This document shows positions 27,485 through 35,724 of a stretch of DNA of 64,000 bases, in pieces. Position 1 is the stretch's first letter, and every line of letters begins with the position of its first letter. The notes under the pieces were generated by a model. That model worked only from the letters and a program-made list of their open reading frames with translations. It was not told the DNA's origin and did no database searches. The position numbers and the translations under genes were made by a program. The DNA lies in sequence record OU509535.1. The stretch is one strand, 5' to 3'.

Positions 27485-28117
27485 ATGAAATATTCTAGCC
27501 TGAATCTTTATAATAATCCAGCAGTCGCTACTCATGCAATCACTGGTAGTATCAATGATTCTTCTTATAAAGAATTCCGTGAGTTCATCAAAGCAGTACT
27601 GGAAAATAATCAAAAAATCGCCGACGAAGAACGTATCCATAAAGAAAAGGAAGAATTCAATAAAATTCATAATCCAGAAGCTAAACCAGAATTCTTTAGC
27701 CCTAAAACTAAAGTACAACGTATTAACCTTATCGTAGATTCATATGGCGGTCAATGTTCTTCTATGACCAGTATTGTTGCACTAATGAATAGTTCTCCTA
27801 TTCCTATTGATACATATTGCTTCGGTGCTGCCATGTCAGCAGGATTTATGATTTTTATTCATGGAAAAAATCGTTATGTAGGTAATGCAGCAGACCTTAT
27901 GATGCATAGTTTAAGTACTGGTGTATATGATCACGCACCTGGTATTAAATCAAAAGCCGAACACCTGCTGAAAATTAATACAGTCTATCAACAAATGGTA
28001 GCAAATAAAACTGGTCTTACAATGGAATGGCTTAAAGAGCACGAAGAAAAGGATATGCACTTCCTTGCAGATGATTGTATTGAATACAAAATTGCAGATG
28101 CAATCATTGAGGAATAA
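27485..28117 (+). CDS. ClpP-like serine protease subunit
   Basis: INLIVDSYGG, GAAMSAG (catalytic Ser), LMMH (catalytic His). Confidence 0.85.
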   Translation: MKYSSLNLYNNPAVATHAITGSINDSSYKEFREFIKAVLENNQKIADEERIHKEKEEFNKIHNPEAKPEFFSPKTKVQRINLIVDSYGGQCSSMTSIVALMNSSPIPIDTYCFGAAMSAGFMIFIHGKNRYVGNAADLMMHSLSTGVYDHAPGIKSKAEHLLKINTVYQQMVANKTGLTMEWLKEHEEKDMHFLADDCIEYKIADAIIEE

Positions 28118-28120
28118 TAT

Positions 28121-28327
28121 ATGACAATATTATTCAGTACTAAAGATCCGGTAGGCGATTCTAGTAATGTAGTTAGTAACTTCTACAATCATGCTCGTCG
28201 TAAGACACATCATGGTTCATGGGGTGCTGATAAACATGCACGTAAGCTATTCCCGAGGGGAAAGGCGTATGATCGTCTGTTTGAATTACAATTGGATTGT
28301 TGGAAAAACCGCTACGATTATTTCTAA
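28121..28327 (+). CDS. hypothetical protein
   Basis: ORF track; GAGG RBS. Confidence 0.7.
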   Translation: MTILFSTKDPVGDSSNVVSNFYNHARRKTHHGSWGADKHARKLFPRGKAYDRLFELQLDCWKNRYDYF

Positions 28328-28336
28328 GAGAATACT

Positions 28337-28780
28337 ATGACTCCAGACCAATCACGTGAGGTGGAAGAAGCCAGTACATTGTTTAGTCAATCCAGTAGTG
28401 ATATCACATCACCATATACTGGCCTCGCCAAACATTATATGCGAGGTTTAGAATCTATTCATCGCATTTATAATGAACGGGACTGGTATGATTCTGCTTC
28501 AATTGATGATGTTGAATACATTAAAAACATGTGCAAGTACTATGAAGATAACAAAGAGTTTTATGATAATATTGGTTATCACGACCACGATTATAATACA
28601 GTATTTGAGATTGTCGATATTCATAACTTAGCACATAAAAACGCAATTAAAAGTATGATGAACGTTTACAAAATGGCATACAATGAGTTTCATCGCACAC
28701 ACTATCCAAACGAACCCGATGTGATATACGCCGGAACCGTTCTCAAGAAAATGGAAGAAATATTCCCAGAACTATTCTAA
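28337..28780 (+). CDS. hypothetical protein
   Basis: ORF track. Confidence 0.8.
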   Translation: MTPDQSREVEEASTLFSQSSSDITSPYTGLAKHYMRGLESIHRIYNERDWYDSASIDDVEYIKNMCKYYEDNKEFYDNIGYHDHDYNTVFEIVDIHNLAHKNAIKSMMNVYKMAYNEFHRTHYPNEPDVIYAGTVLKKMEEIFPELF

Positions 28781-28783
28781 GAT

Positions 28784-28819
28784 AAAGGGTTGACTTCGGT
28801 CAGCCTTTTTTGTTATTAT
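28784..28819 (+). promoter_or_regulatory. terminator/promoter fusion cassette
   Basis: gggTTGACttcggtcagcctttt then TATTAT. Confidence 0.75.
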
Positions 28820-28849
28820 AACAGTACTATATCAAAGAGGTAATTAATA

Positions 28850-29455
28850 ATGAAAAAAGTCAAAAAATTATACAAAGATTGGTACAACAAAATTAAACAA
28901 CAACATTTAACAGAAAAACGTAACCCACAATATACTTATGCGTTTGACTGGACTTTCAAATCGTCTGATAGTATGAAGAATATTAAGCCCGATGCTACAT
29001 TCAAAATTGCTAAAGTACTAAAGATATATCTCAGAGCTAATAATATCTATCTCAAAGAAGTAGGATGGAATAATAGAGGGAAAATCACCTGTACTAATAA
29101 AATTAAATCAGCAACCTTTGATGTATATATCAAAAATATTCCATGCTCAATTATGATTAGTAAATTTTTTGGGGTATCCATTGTAACCAATTACCATAAA
29201 CATAATCCTAAAAATACTATTATTACTAATAATATTGTATATAATGCACTGAATGATATCTTTGTACAGGATCGTCAAAAACATAAAGAATTAAACATCG
29301 ATTACAATAACTTAACAGAAGAAGAAATATTTCAACTAAGTACAGTACTTGATATCGATTTCTATAAAACCATCAAAAATATAGGAACAGAACTGTACAA
29401 CACACAAAACCTAAACTGTAATAAACTCGTAGCAGTACTAAACAAATACAAATAA
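28850..29455 (+). CDS. paralog family A (long form, like 8554)
   Basis: DYNNLTEEEIFQLSTVLD. Confidence 0.8.
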   Translation: MKKVKKLYKDWYNKIKQQHLTEKRNPQYTYAFDWTFKSSDSMKNIKPDATFKIAKVLKIYLRANNIYLKEVGWNNRGKITCTNKIKSATFDVYIKNIPCSIMISKFFGVSIVTNYHKHNPKNTIITNNIVYNALNDIFVQDRQKHKELNIDYNNLTEEEIFQLSTVLDIDFYKTIKNIGTELYNTQNLNCNKLVAVLNKYK

Positions 29456-29477
29456 AACCAATGAAGGATTTAAGTAA

Positions 29478-30035
29478 ATGATCATCCAAATCAATAGTTA
29501 TAAAACAAAAGAAGAACTGACCACTCTTATCATTAAAGCTATTCAAAAAGGGGAAAGTTATATCAAAATTCCATTAGATAAAACAAGCAATCGTAATATG
29601 GTTATTTCCCAAATTGATAAAGATTTTGATATCAATATATGCTATATGGAAGAAACCAGTACTGATATCATTTACTCAGGTACTGAATCATTTAAACCAG
29701 ACCAAATCATTACAGCAGCGGATAATTGCGTCCAACGTTATTTCAGTACTGAACCAAATAAAACAATCAGAGAACAACAAAAATATAATACACGAAATAT
29801 GCAAGAAGTAGAAAAACATAGTAAAAACTTCCCCAGTGGTATGACCGTTAAAGAACTAAAAGAATTAATTAGAGATTGGCCTGAAACCAATCAGTACGGA
29901 GAAGATACTTTAGTCTATATCAGTACTGAATCAGATACGGATTGTACTGTACATTCTTCGTGGTGTTCATCAGTAAGAACTAATGATAATGGCACACTTG
30001 TGTATGACTTGACTCTTGATACAGAACAAAGATAA
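29478..30035 (+). CDS. hypothetical protein
   Basis: ORF track; AAGGA RBS. Confidence 0.75.
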   Translation: MIIQINSYKTKEELTTLIIKAIQKGESYIKIPLDKTSNRNMVISQIDKDFDINICYMEETSTDIIYSGTESFKPDQIITAADNCVQRYFSTEPNKTIREQQKYNTRNMQEVEKHSKNFPSGMTVKELKELIRDWPETNQYGEDTLVYISTESDTDCTVHSSWCSSVRTNDNGTLVYDLTLDTEQR

Positions 30036-30043
30036 TTAAAAAG

Positions 30044-30083
30044 ACTCCCCGTAAAACTCGATCAAACGGATTCTACGGGGAGT
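30044..30083. terminator. large hairpin closing the left gene block
   Basis: actccccgta/tacggggagt 10-bp stem, no T run. Confidence 0.45.
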
Positions 30084-30140
30084 ATACTATATTGGACGAT
30101 ATGGTCATTATAGTAGACAATTTAATGGATATAGGTGATT

Positions 30141-30248
30141 CAGTACTGATAATAATGAATAGGAATTGATAAGAATGATTCAGTACTAATAATAATGATT
30201 CAGTACTATTCAGTACTATTCAGTACTATTCAGTACTATTCAGTACTG
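30141..30248. repeat. phased CAGTACT array; tandem 10-mer CAGTACTATT x4 plus CAGTACTG
   Basis: CAGTACT at 30141, 30181, 30201, 30211, 30221, 30231, 30241. Confidence 0.95.
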
Positions 30249-30504
30249 ATATGCCACTAAGTCCGTTTATAAAGTCGCACCCTGTGGGCTACATTTGTAA
30301 CTATTCAGTACTTAATAATTCAATTCATCAACTATTTCAAATCTAATTACCCCATTAACTAAATCCCCAAATTATATATTAGCAAAAATCCCAGTACTAA
30401 ATCAAGAAAAATCTGGATTACCAACGAGAAAAAATCTGGATTTTAAAAATTTTGAAATGTCGTTTATAGTTCAGGAAAAAAATGAAATTATAACAAGAAA
30501 ATTG

Positions 30505-30533
30505 TTGACACGGATATGGTGCCATTATATAAT
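30505..30533 (+). promoter_or_regulatory. consensus sigma70 promoter for ncRNA candidate
   Basis: TTGACA-17-TATAAT. Confidence 0.85.
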
Positions 30534-30539
30534 GTAATC

Positions 30540-30845
30540 CTCAAGACGAGAGAATGTTCTCTCATAGAAATGCGAAGAAGCCGAGTTTATCTGTCCCTGC
30601 GTTAGTGGGCTAACATTTGAATAGGACAATACGTAGATGAATGAAAAAGGTTCAAAGGGAAGTATTTGATTCCCTGTAGTATATAGTTAATGAGTTAGTA
30701 CTGATATAGTTTTAATCATTGAGTAGTACTACTGTCGCAAAGGGAAACCTTTGGCTTCCTTGGGGAGTGATGACAGAAGGGCATTATCCTCCATATGAGT
30801 TACTGCGAATAACTCGGTAAGTTGGGTTTTGGCAAACCTCGTTTC
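30540..30845 (+). ncRNA. ~305-nt highly structured ncRNA candidate
   Basis: no + strand ORF; 5'/3' ends pair (agacgag/ctcgttt); at least eight internal helices. Confidence 0.65.
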
Positions 30846-31031
30846 AATAATAAAATAATTACAGTACTACCAATCAGTAGTACTGCTTTTAATTCAAAGT
30901 GTTTCTTTCCATAGAGAAAAGGTGCATGTAACTTGAACATGTGAACTACGGGAACAGTACTGAACAATTCCAGTACTGATTCCTCTCCAAATTTTGGATA
31001 CAATAATGCTAGGCTTCAGTTAGTACTGAGT

Positions 31032-31148
31032 GAGAATGATAATGATTCTCATTTGAATTGGATGAGAACGATTCTCATTTACTATTGAAAATGATAATAG
31101 ATTGCATTTACTAATGGTTCTCATTCGCAGATGATAATGATTCTTATT
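31032..31148. promoter_or_regulatory. tandem Fur-box-like array
   Basis: GAGAATGATAATGATTCTC (16/19 to GATAATGATAATCATTATC) at 31032 plus further boxes near 31061, 31089, 31111, 31130. Confidence 0.7.
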
Positions 31149-31281
31149 CAAAATTGATTTTTCCGATTTTTTCCATTAGTCCCCCTTCAGCGTAGGGTTA
31201 ATTTTTCCCCTGCCGAATCGGTTTTATATTTTCAAAATCTGGATTAATCATATCAGTACTAACCAAGATAAACAATACCCC

Positions 31282-31296
31282 TTTACAAATCTTTAC
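31282..31296. promoter_or_regulatory. TTTAC-N5-TTTAC (CpxR-box-like) site
   Basis: TTTACAAATCTTTAC. Confidence 0.5.
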
Positions 31297-31320
31297 AAAA
31301 AGATTCTAAATGCGAATATA

Positions 31321-31339
31321 AATGATAATGATTCTCATT
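31321..31339. promoter_or_regulatory. Fur-box-like site
   Basis: TGATAATgATTCTCA, 13/14 to 7-1-7 core. Confidence 0.7.
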
Positions 31340-31344
31340 TACAG

Positions 31345-31394
31345 TACTGAATACTTTTTCCCACGCCCTGGCGTCTCCGGTTCCTCCCGTCTAT
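31345..31394 (-). ncRNA. degenerate small non-coding unit
   Basis: minus-strand TTGACT-16-TATAAT at 31401-31428; GC-rich motif variant, no ORF. Confidence 0.35.
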
Positions 31395-31496
31395 ATAAAC
31401 ATTATACAGTACTGAAATATTAAGTCAATACTATTTTTTCAAAAAGATTAAAATAAAATACTTGCAATGCTGATATTATTATATTATAATGTTTAT

Positions 31497-31545
31497 AGTA
31501 CTGAGAAAGTGCTTTTTGCCCACTAGGGTGCTGGGGAGTATGCGT
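31497..31545 (+). ncRNA. small non-coding unit (degenerate copy)
   Basis: TTGCAA-17-TATAAT at 31462-31490; 5' hairpin; CCCACTAGGGTGC. Confidence 0.5.
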
Positions 31546-31550
31546 TAAAT

Positions 31551-31569
31551 GAGAATGATAATCATTTAC
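31551..31569. promoter_or_regulatory. Fur-box-like site
   Basis: GAGAATGATAATCATTTAC, 16/19. Confidence 0.7.
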
Positions 31570-31615
31570 AGTACTGGACGGATTTTCCCACCCTCGGGGG
31601 TCTCTTTTTGTCTAT
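31570..31615 (-). ncRNA. degenerate small non-coding unit
   Basis: minus-strand TTGATA-16-TATAAT at 31622-31649; CCCCCGAGGGTGG. Confidence 0.35.
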
Positions 31616-31654
31616 GTAGTAATTATACAGTACTGAGATACTATATCAAGTCTC

Positions 31655-31669
31655 TTTACAAATCTTTAC
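31655..31669. promoter_or_regulatory. CpxR-box-like site
   Basis: TTTACAAATCTTTAC. Confidence 0.5.
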
Positions 31670-31763
31670 AAATCACCCGGGTAGATTTATCTTTACAATA
31701 AAAGTACTTGCTTTAATCTTTCAGTACTGTTATTATATATTCATACCAAACAGGAGAACTACC

Positions 31764-31934
31764 ATGAAATACGCGTACTCTTATTTTATTGTAAACGGTG
31801 AACGTTTGACCATCGGCCAGGCTGCTGTAAAACATGAAATCATTTGCGATGATCTGGCAAAGATGCTACCAGGTGAAACGCAAGAGTTTTACAAAGGCTT
31901 TCAGAAAGTCACTGTGACCCGCTGTGAAGATTGA
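31764..31934 (+). CDS. small hypothetical protein (56 aa, not in track)
   Basis: AGGAG RBS, own promoter. Confidence 0.7.
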   Translation: MKYAYSYFIVNGERLTIGQAAVKHEIICDDLAKMLPGETQEFYKGFQKVTVTRCED

Positions 31935-31998
31935 TCCAGTACTGGGGTAGGAATACCCCTAAAACGTCCTGTAACGCATTGTAAGAGGTTTTTATAAT

Positions 31999-32226
31999 AT
32001 GGCTATAGAAGTTAACGCTGGGGATATAAAGGCGGCTGTACTGCGTACCCTGAAAGCATACGGCAGAAAGCTGAATGATCGCAACGTTCCCTATTATTTC
32101 CTTGCTGCTACTCATAAAATGGCAATAGCTGAGGCTCGCGGGTGGCTGAATGATCGCAGTACTGTAAAGAGTACCAGAACAAGAAACGCAATTGAGCGAT
32201 GGATAAAAGAATTAAATCATTTCTAA
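31999..32226 (+). CDS. small basic hypothetical protein
   Basis: ORF track; GAGG RBS. Confidence 0.7.
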   Translation: MAIEVNAGDIKAAVLRTLKAYGRKLNDRNVPYYFLAATHKMAIAEARGWLNDRSTVKSTRTRNAIERWIKELNHF

Positions 32227-32299
32227 TAGTTCAGCTAAGGGAATCAGTACTGATTCCCTGTTTAGTACTGAAATTATAAGGGGAGTTAATTAATTCCCC

Positions 32300-32314
32300 T
32301 TTACAAATCTTTAC
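32300..32314. promoter_or_regulatory. CpxR-box-like site
   Basis: TTTACAAATCTTTAC 10 bp upstream of TTGACA at 32325. Confidence 0.5.
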
Positions 32315-32359
32315 AAAAGAATGGTTGACATAGTATTCCAGTACTGGTATTATGTATTC

Positions 32360-32410
32360 ATAGACAGAACAAGTCTTTGGCCCACCGGGTGCGGAGGAGT
32401 ATCTATTAGA
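32360..32410 (+). ncRNA. small non-coding unit (conserved family)
   Basis: promoter 32325-32353; agac-agaacaa-gtct; CCCACCGGGTGC; GTATCTAT. Confidence 0.6.
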
Positions 32411-32414
32411 TTGA

Positions 32415-32439
32415 ATGAGAATGAGAATGATTTGCATTT
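32415..32439. promoter_or_regulatory. Fur-box-like site
   Basis: TGAGAATgATTTGCA preceded by extra AATGAG hexamer. Confidence 0.6.
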
Positions 32440-32444
32440 ACTGT

Positions 32445-32494
32445 ACTGAATATATTTCCGCACCCTTTTGGGCTTTTCGATTACTTTCTACTTG
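32445..32494 (-). ncRNA. small non-coding unit (degenerate copy)
   Basis: minus-strand TTGCAT-16-TATACT; CCCAAAAGGGTGC. Confidence 0.45.
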
Positions 32495-32533
32495 TTAATA
32501 AGTATACCATAATCAGTACTGAATGCAATGGTC

Positions 32534-32548
32534 TTTACAAATCTTTAC
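32534..32548. promoter_or_regulatory. CpxR-box-like site
   Basis: TTTACAAATCTTTAC. Confidence 0.5.
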
Positions 32549-32645
32549 AAAAGAAAATAATTATAAAAAGTACTGAAAAAGTACTTGACGTAATAATGTA
32601 GTACTGGCATAATGAGTACATACCAAACAGAACGGAGTAACTAAA

Positions 32646-32933
32646 ATGTTTAATGAAAATGATCATATTGTTAAAGAGTTTTCTTTCAGTAAGCCGATCC
32701 ATTTAGAAAACGGTGAAACGCTGGACAATAAATTTTATGGTAGTATTATTAAGCGTTATACATCGCGTAGTAGTACTGGAATTTTGTGGGAAGTGAATAA
32801 ACAGTACAATGGTAATTCGCTGGTTGTCAATGAGTGGGAAAGTTATGCAGTAGCGGAAATGGATTTTTCTAACTTCATTACTGAATCTTTGAACGATGAT
32901 ATCTTTTACAAGTTCACAGCGGAAAGGGTTTAA
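32646..32933 (+). CDS. hypothetical protein
   Basis: ORF track; GGAG RBS, own promoter. Confidence 0.8.
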   Translation: MFNENDHIVKEFSFSKPIHLENGETLDNKFYGSIIKRYTSRSSTGILWEVNKQYNGNSLVVNEWESYAVAEMDFSNFITESLNDDIFYKFTAERV

Positions 32934-33053
32934 AAAGTTTTAAAGAGTACTTGACAACATAAACCAGTACTGTATAATGTATTGCATAGAAAGGAGATTC
33001 CATTATTCTGGAATCTCCGATAAAACAAACTAATCAGTGAAGGAGTAATTGCC

Positions 33054-33665
33054 ATGAATGTTATCGATACCATCTATTCTAAATCTTTCGATGAACTGAA
33101 TGCAGAGCAGAAAGAAAAAGCAATTGATATTATGCGGGATCTGGAACGCCACGATTCAGATCCATTCTGGGCACAATTAATTAATGAAGATAAACGCGAA
33201 TTAATGGATAATGAATATGGTTTTACTGATACTGTAATTCATTATAGCGGCTTTTGCTCACAAGGCGATGGGGCGTCAATTAGTACTGAATCAATCGACG
33301 CCGAGACGTTTTTACGCAAAATTAAAGCATGGTCGAAATTCCGTGTATTGCATAAACATTTCAATGATGGTAATATTACATTAAAGATCGCTCGCAACGA
33401 TCATCGTTATTCTCATGAAAATACCGTTTATGGTGTGGTGGATCTGGACTACGGCACTGAATTCACTGCTAAACAGGAAGAGAAAGCGGAAGAACTTGAA
33501 ACGCTTTTGACTGAAACTATTCGTGATCTTTCACGCCAGCATTATCAGGTTCTGAGCGATGAAAACGATTATCAAAATAGTGATGAAGCATTGATTGAAT
33601 CGATTAATGCAAATGATTATAATTTCAAAGTGGATAGTACTGGTAACGTATTGGGGTTAGCGTAA
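33054..33665 (+). CDS. conserved phage/ICE protein of the family often labelled antitoxin of toxin-antitoxin stability system
   Basis: YSGFCSQGDGAS, RYSHENT, YQNSDEALIESINANDYNF motifs recalled from that family; function unverified. Confidence 0.6.
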   Translation: MNVIDTIYSKSFDELNAEQKEKAIDIMRDLERHDSDPFWAQLINEDKRELMDNEYGFTDTVIHYSGFCSQGDGASISTESIDAETFLRKIKAWSKFRVLHKHFNDGNITLKIARNDHRYSHENTVYGVVDLDYGTEFTAKQEEKAEELETLLTETIRDLSRQHYQVLSDENDYQNSDEALIESINANDYNFKVDSTGNVLGLA

Positions 33666-33755
33666 TGACTAAATTATATATTCGTTTCTGTTTTGCCTGG
33701 TACTTGTATAATCTGCAAAATGGTTATACAGTGAAATAATGCACTGATATACTGT

Positions 33756-33787
33756 AAAACGTCCTGTAAACGATTATGGGACGTTTT
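33756..33787. repeat. AAACGTCCTGTAA hairpin repeat (also 31961, 41244, 46416)
   Basis: aaaacgtcc...ggacgtttt; ~43 bp near-identical to 41238-41280. Confidence 0.75.
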
Positions 33788-33954
33788 AAGGAATATTAGT
33801 ACAATGTTAGTACTGAATGATTTAAACGCCTTACAGTGGCTTACAGAGCGTTTAAAAAGTACTTGACGCAATAATGTAGTACTGGCATAATTCATCTATA
33901 CCAAATAAGCAACAAATGGAATCAGTACTGATTCCCTTGTAAGGAGTAACCAAA

Positions 33955-34269
33955 ATGAGTACTAAAGAACTGAATGTAACTACCAACACTTATAAGACGT
34001 TATGCGGTCGGTTGTTACGTGATTATTACACTGTTGAAATCGAAGAACGCGAATTACCCGAAGATAAACACTATTGGGAAAGTGGTGTGAGTCCTCTGTT
34101 ACGGGTAACAACGTCTAAGCATGTTTTCTTTACTTCCCGCATTCATGTTAATAAGCGTGTTGAATTGACTTTCTCTTTCAGTGGTAGTTATAAAGATCAT
34201 GAGATATTAAATGATCATATCGTTATTAGCAAATTTATCCAAATGTACGGGGCGGATTCTTTGCTTTAA
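33955..34269 (+). CDS. hypothetical protein
   Basis: ORF track; AAGGAG RBS. Confidence 0.8.
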   Translation: MSTKELNVTTNTYKTLCGRLLRDYYTVEIEERELPEDKHYWESGVSPLLRVTTSKHVFFTSRIHVNKRVELTFSFSGSYKDHEILNDHIVISKFIQMYGADSLL

Positions 34270-34355
34270 GTACTTGACAATGCGATCCAGTACTGTATAA
34301 TGTATTACACCAAAGGGGATACATAGTGTATCCCTGATATAAAGGAGTAGCGACT

Positions 34356-34715
34356 ATGCGAGCTTTTAACGTTTATAAGAATGACAAGAAAATTGACGTT
34401 GTTTATTATTCCGAAGTAATGACGGCAAAAGAAGTAACCGATTTGCTGAATAGCCGTGGTGAATACAACGGCGAAGTAAAAGCATTTCGGTCATTGAATA
34501 GTGCGAATATTCGCACAGTACTGAAAAATGCTAAAACTGTTTTATTCAATGATGACGAATATTTTAATAAAGATGTTACGGGTATTAAAAACCTGGAAGA
34601 TCTGAAAAGCCTTATTGGTATTAAAGGCAACGTATACAAAGTGGGGGAAGTCGGATCTCGCCATGAATATAAATTAGCCAATAGTGATTATAAATTTTCA
34701 ATCCTGGTAATGTAA
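34356..34715 (+). CDS. hypothetical protein
   Basis: ORF track; AAGGAG RBS. Confidence 0.8.
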   Translation: MRAFNVYKNDKKIDVVYYSEVMTAKEVTDLLNSRGEYNGEVKAFRSLNSANIRTVLKNAKTVLFNDDEYFNKDVTGIKNLEDLKSLIGIKGNVYKVGEVGSRHEYKLANSDYKFSILVM

Positions 34716-34716
34716 T

Positions 34717-34920
34717 ATGAAAGTTTATATTTTGGAAGTGGAAGAATGTAATTCATATTCTTACAGTGGTACACTATCACGTGTGGAGGCGGTATTTGCC
34801 AGCGAGAAAGAAGCCCATGCCGCCGGGATTCAAAAAGTAAAAGAAGGCTATGAAGGTTATAGCGTCGATGCTTATGATATTCAGGGCGATCTTTCAGTAC
34901 TGTTAAAGGAATTAAAATAA
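34717..34920 (+). CDS. hypothetical protein
   Basis: ORF track. Confidence 0.75.
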   Translation: MKVYILEVEECNSYSYSGTLSRVEAVFASEKEAHAAGIQKVKEGYEGYSVDAYDIQGDLSVLLKELK

Positions 34921-35135
34921 TGGAATATGAATTAATATATCACACTCGGTTATATGTTATTTTCTTTGAAATAGCGTTATGGGGAGTAAAGGCAACGATT
35001 TATAATAAAGACGTTGCCGACGATCAAGAATGGATCGTTGTTGCAGAAGATAAAACGCCTCATGATTCGTTAAGTACTGATTTTAAATTATGCCGTGAAT
35101 TATTAAAGAGAATAAGAAAAGATAATAATATATAA
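34920..35135 (+). CDS. hypothetical protein
   Basis: ORF track; AAGGA RBS. Confidence 0.7.
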   Translation: MEYELIYHTRLYVIFFEIALWGVKATIYNKDVADDQEWIVVAEDKTPHDSLSTDFKLCRELLKRIRKDNNI

Positions 35136-35234
35136 AACAAAGGGGATCAATCGATCCCCTTTTTGCTTCAGTACTGAATTAATAATAGATACACTACGGC
35201 ACCCTATGGGTCAGTGCCTTGTGTCCGGCTTATG
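35134..35234 (-). ncRNA. complete ~100-nt small RNA gene (conserved family)
   Basis: minus TTGACT-17-CATAAT (35241-35269); gcc-ggacacaa-ggc; ACCCATAGGGTGC; GTGTATCTAT; ends in terminator 35139. Confidence 0.7.
35139..35165. terminator. bidirectional intrinsic terminator
   Basis: aaaggggatc-aatc-gatccccttttt. Confidence 0.85.
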
Positions 35235-35279
35235 TGATACATTATGCCAGTACTGCGAACATAAGTCAATAGATGATTT

Positions 35280-35294
35280 GTAAAGAAGTGTAAA
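35280..35294. promoter_or_regulatory. CpxR-box-like site
   Basis: GTAAAGAAGTGTAAA. Confidence 0.5.
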
Positions 35295-35499
35295 TGCACA
35301 GGAAGCGTTTTAAGGCGTTAATCTGTTGCTGGTGGCTGATAGTACAGAGAAGTGTTTTAGATTGATTGTAGGCCGTTGTAGGCGTTTATAGATAGTAAAG
35401 TACTGATAATGTTTAATGATCCTGGTATGTGCGAATTATTTTAATTTTTTTCGTATTGGGTATTGACGGATTATGTCAGTACTGGCATAATGTATCACA

Positions 35500-35622
35500 T
35501 GAAGCGGCGAGATAGAAAATCATCTCAGTAGCTGGCCAGTAAAGCATACGAAGTCCTGGTGTCGCCTCAAACGGTTTTAGGTATCAAATAGAACGTAACA
35601 TCTAAACGTTGATGATACTGAA
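35500..35622 (+). ncRNA. structured RNA candidate upstream of H-NS-like gene
   Basis: promoter TTGACG-17-CATAAT at 35463; ggcga/tcgcc enclosing gagat/atctc and ccag/ctgg; gtatca/tgatac; second promoter follows at 35643. Confidence 0.4.
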
Positions 35623-35724
35623 AACTAAAAAGAAAAAAGTAGTTGACAAGTACTAACGAGAATGAGATAATCTCTCTCGTTGAAACAAACAAACAATCTT
35701 AATCAAAACTTAAAGGTGAATAAA

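Noticed and set aside
30141-30248. CRISPR array
   Set aside because: These are 10-bp tandem units with no unique spacers and no cas genes. The dispersed CCCACAGGGTGC units are kilobases apart and do not resemble the I-E or I-F repeats I know.
30540-30845. RNase P RNA, tmRNA or group I intron identity
   Set aside because: Only short fragments resemble RNase P and the GAGGAAAGUCC core is missing. There are no tRNA-like tmRNA ends or tag ORF, and no group I P7 motifs were seen.
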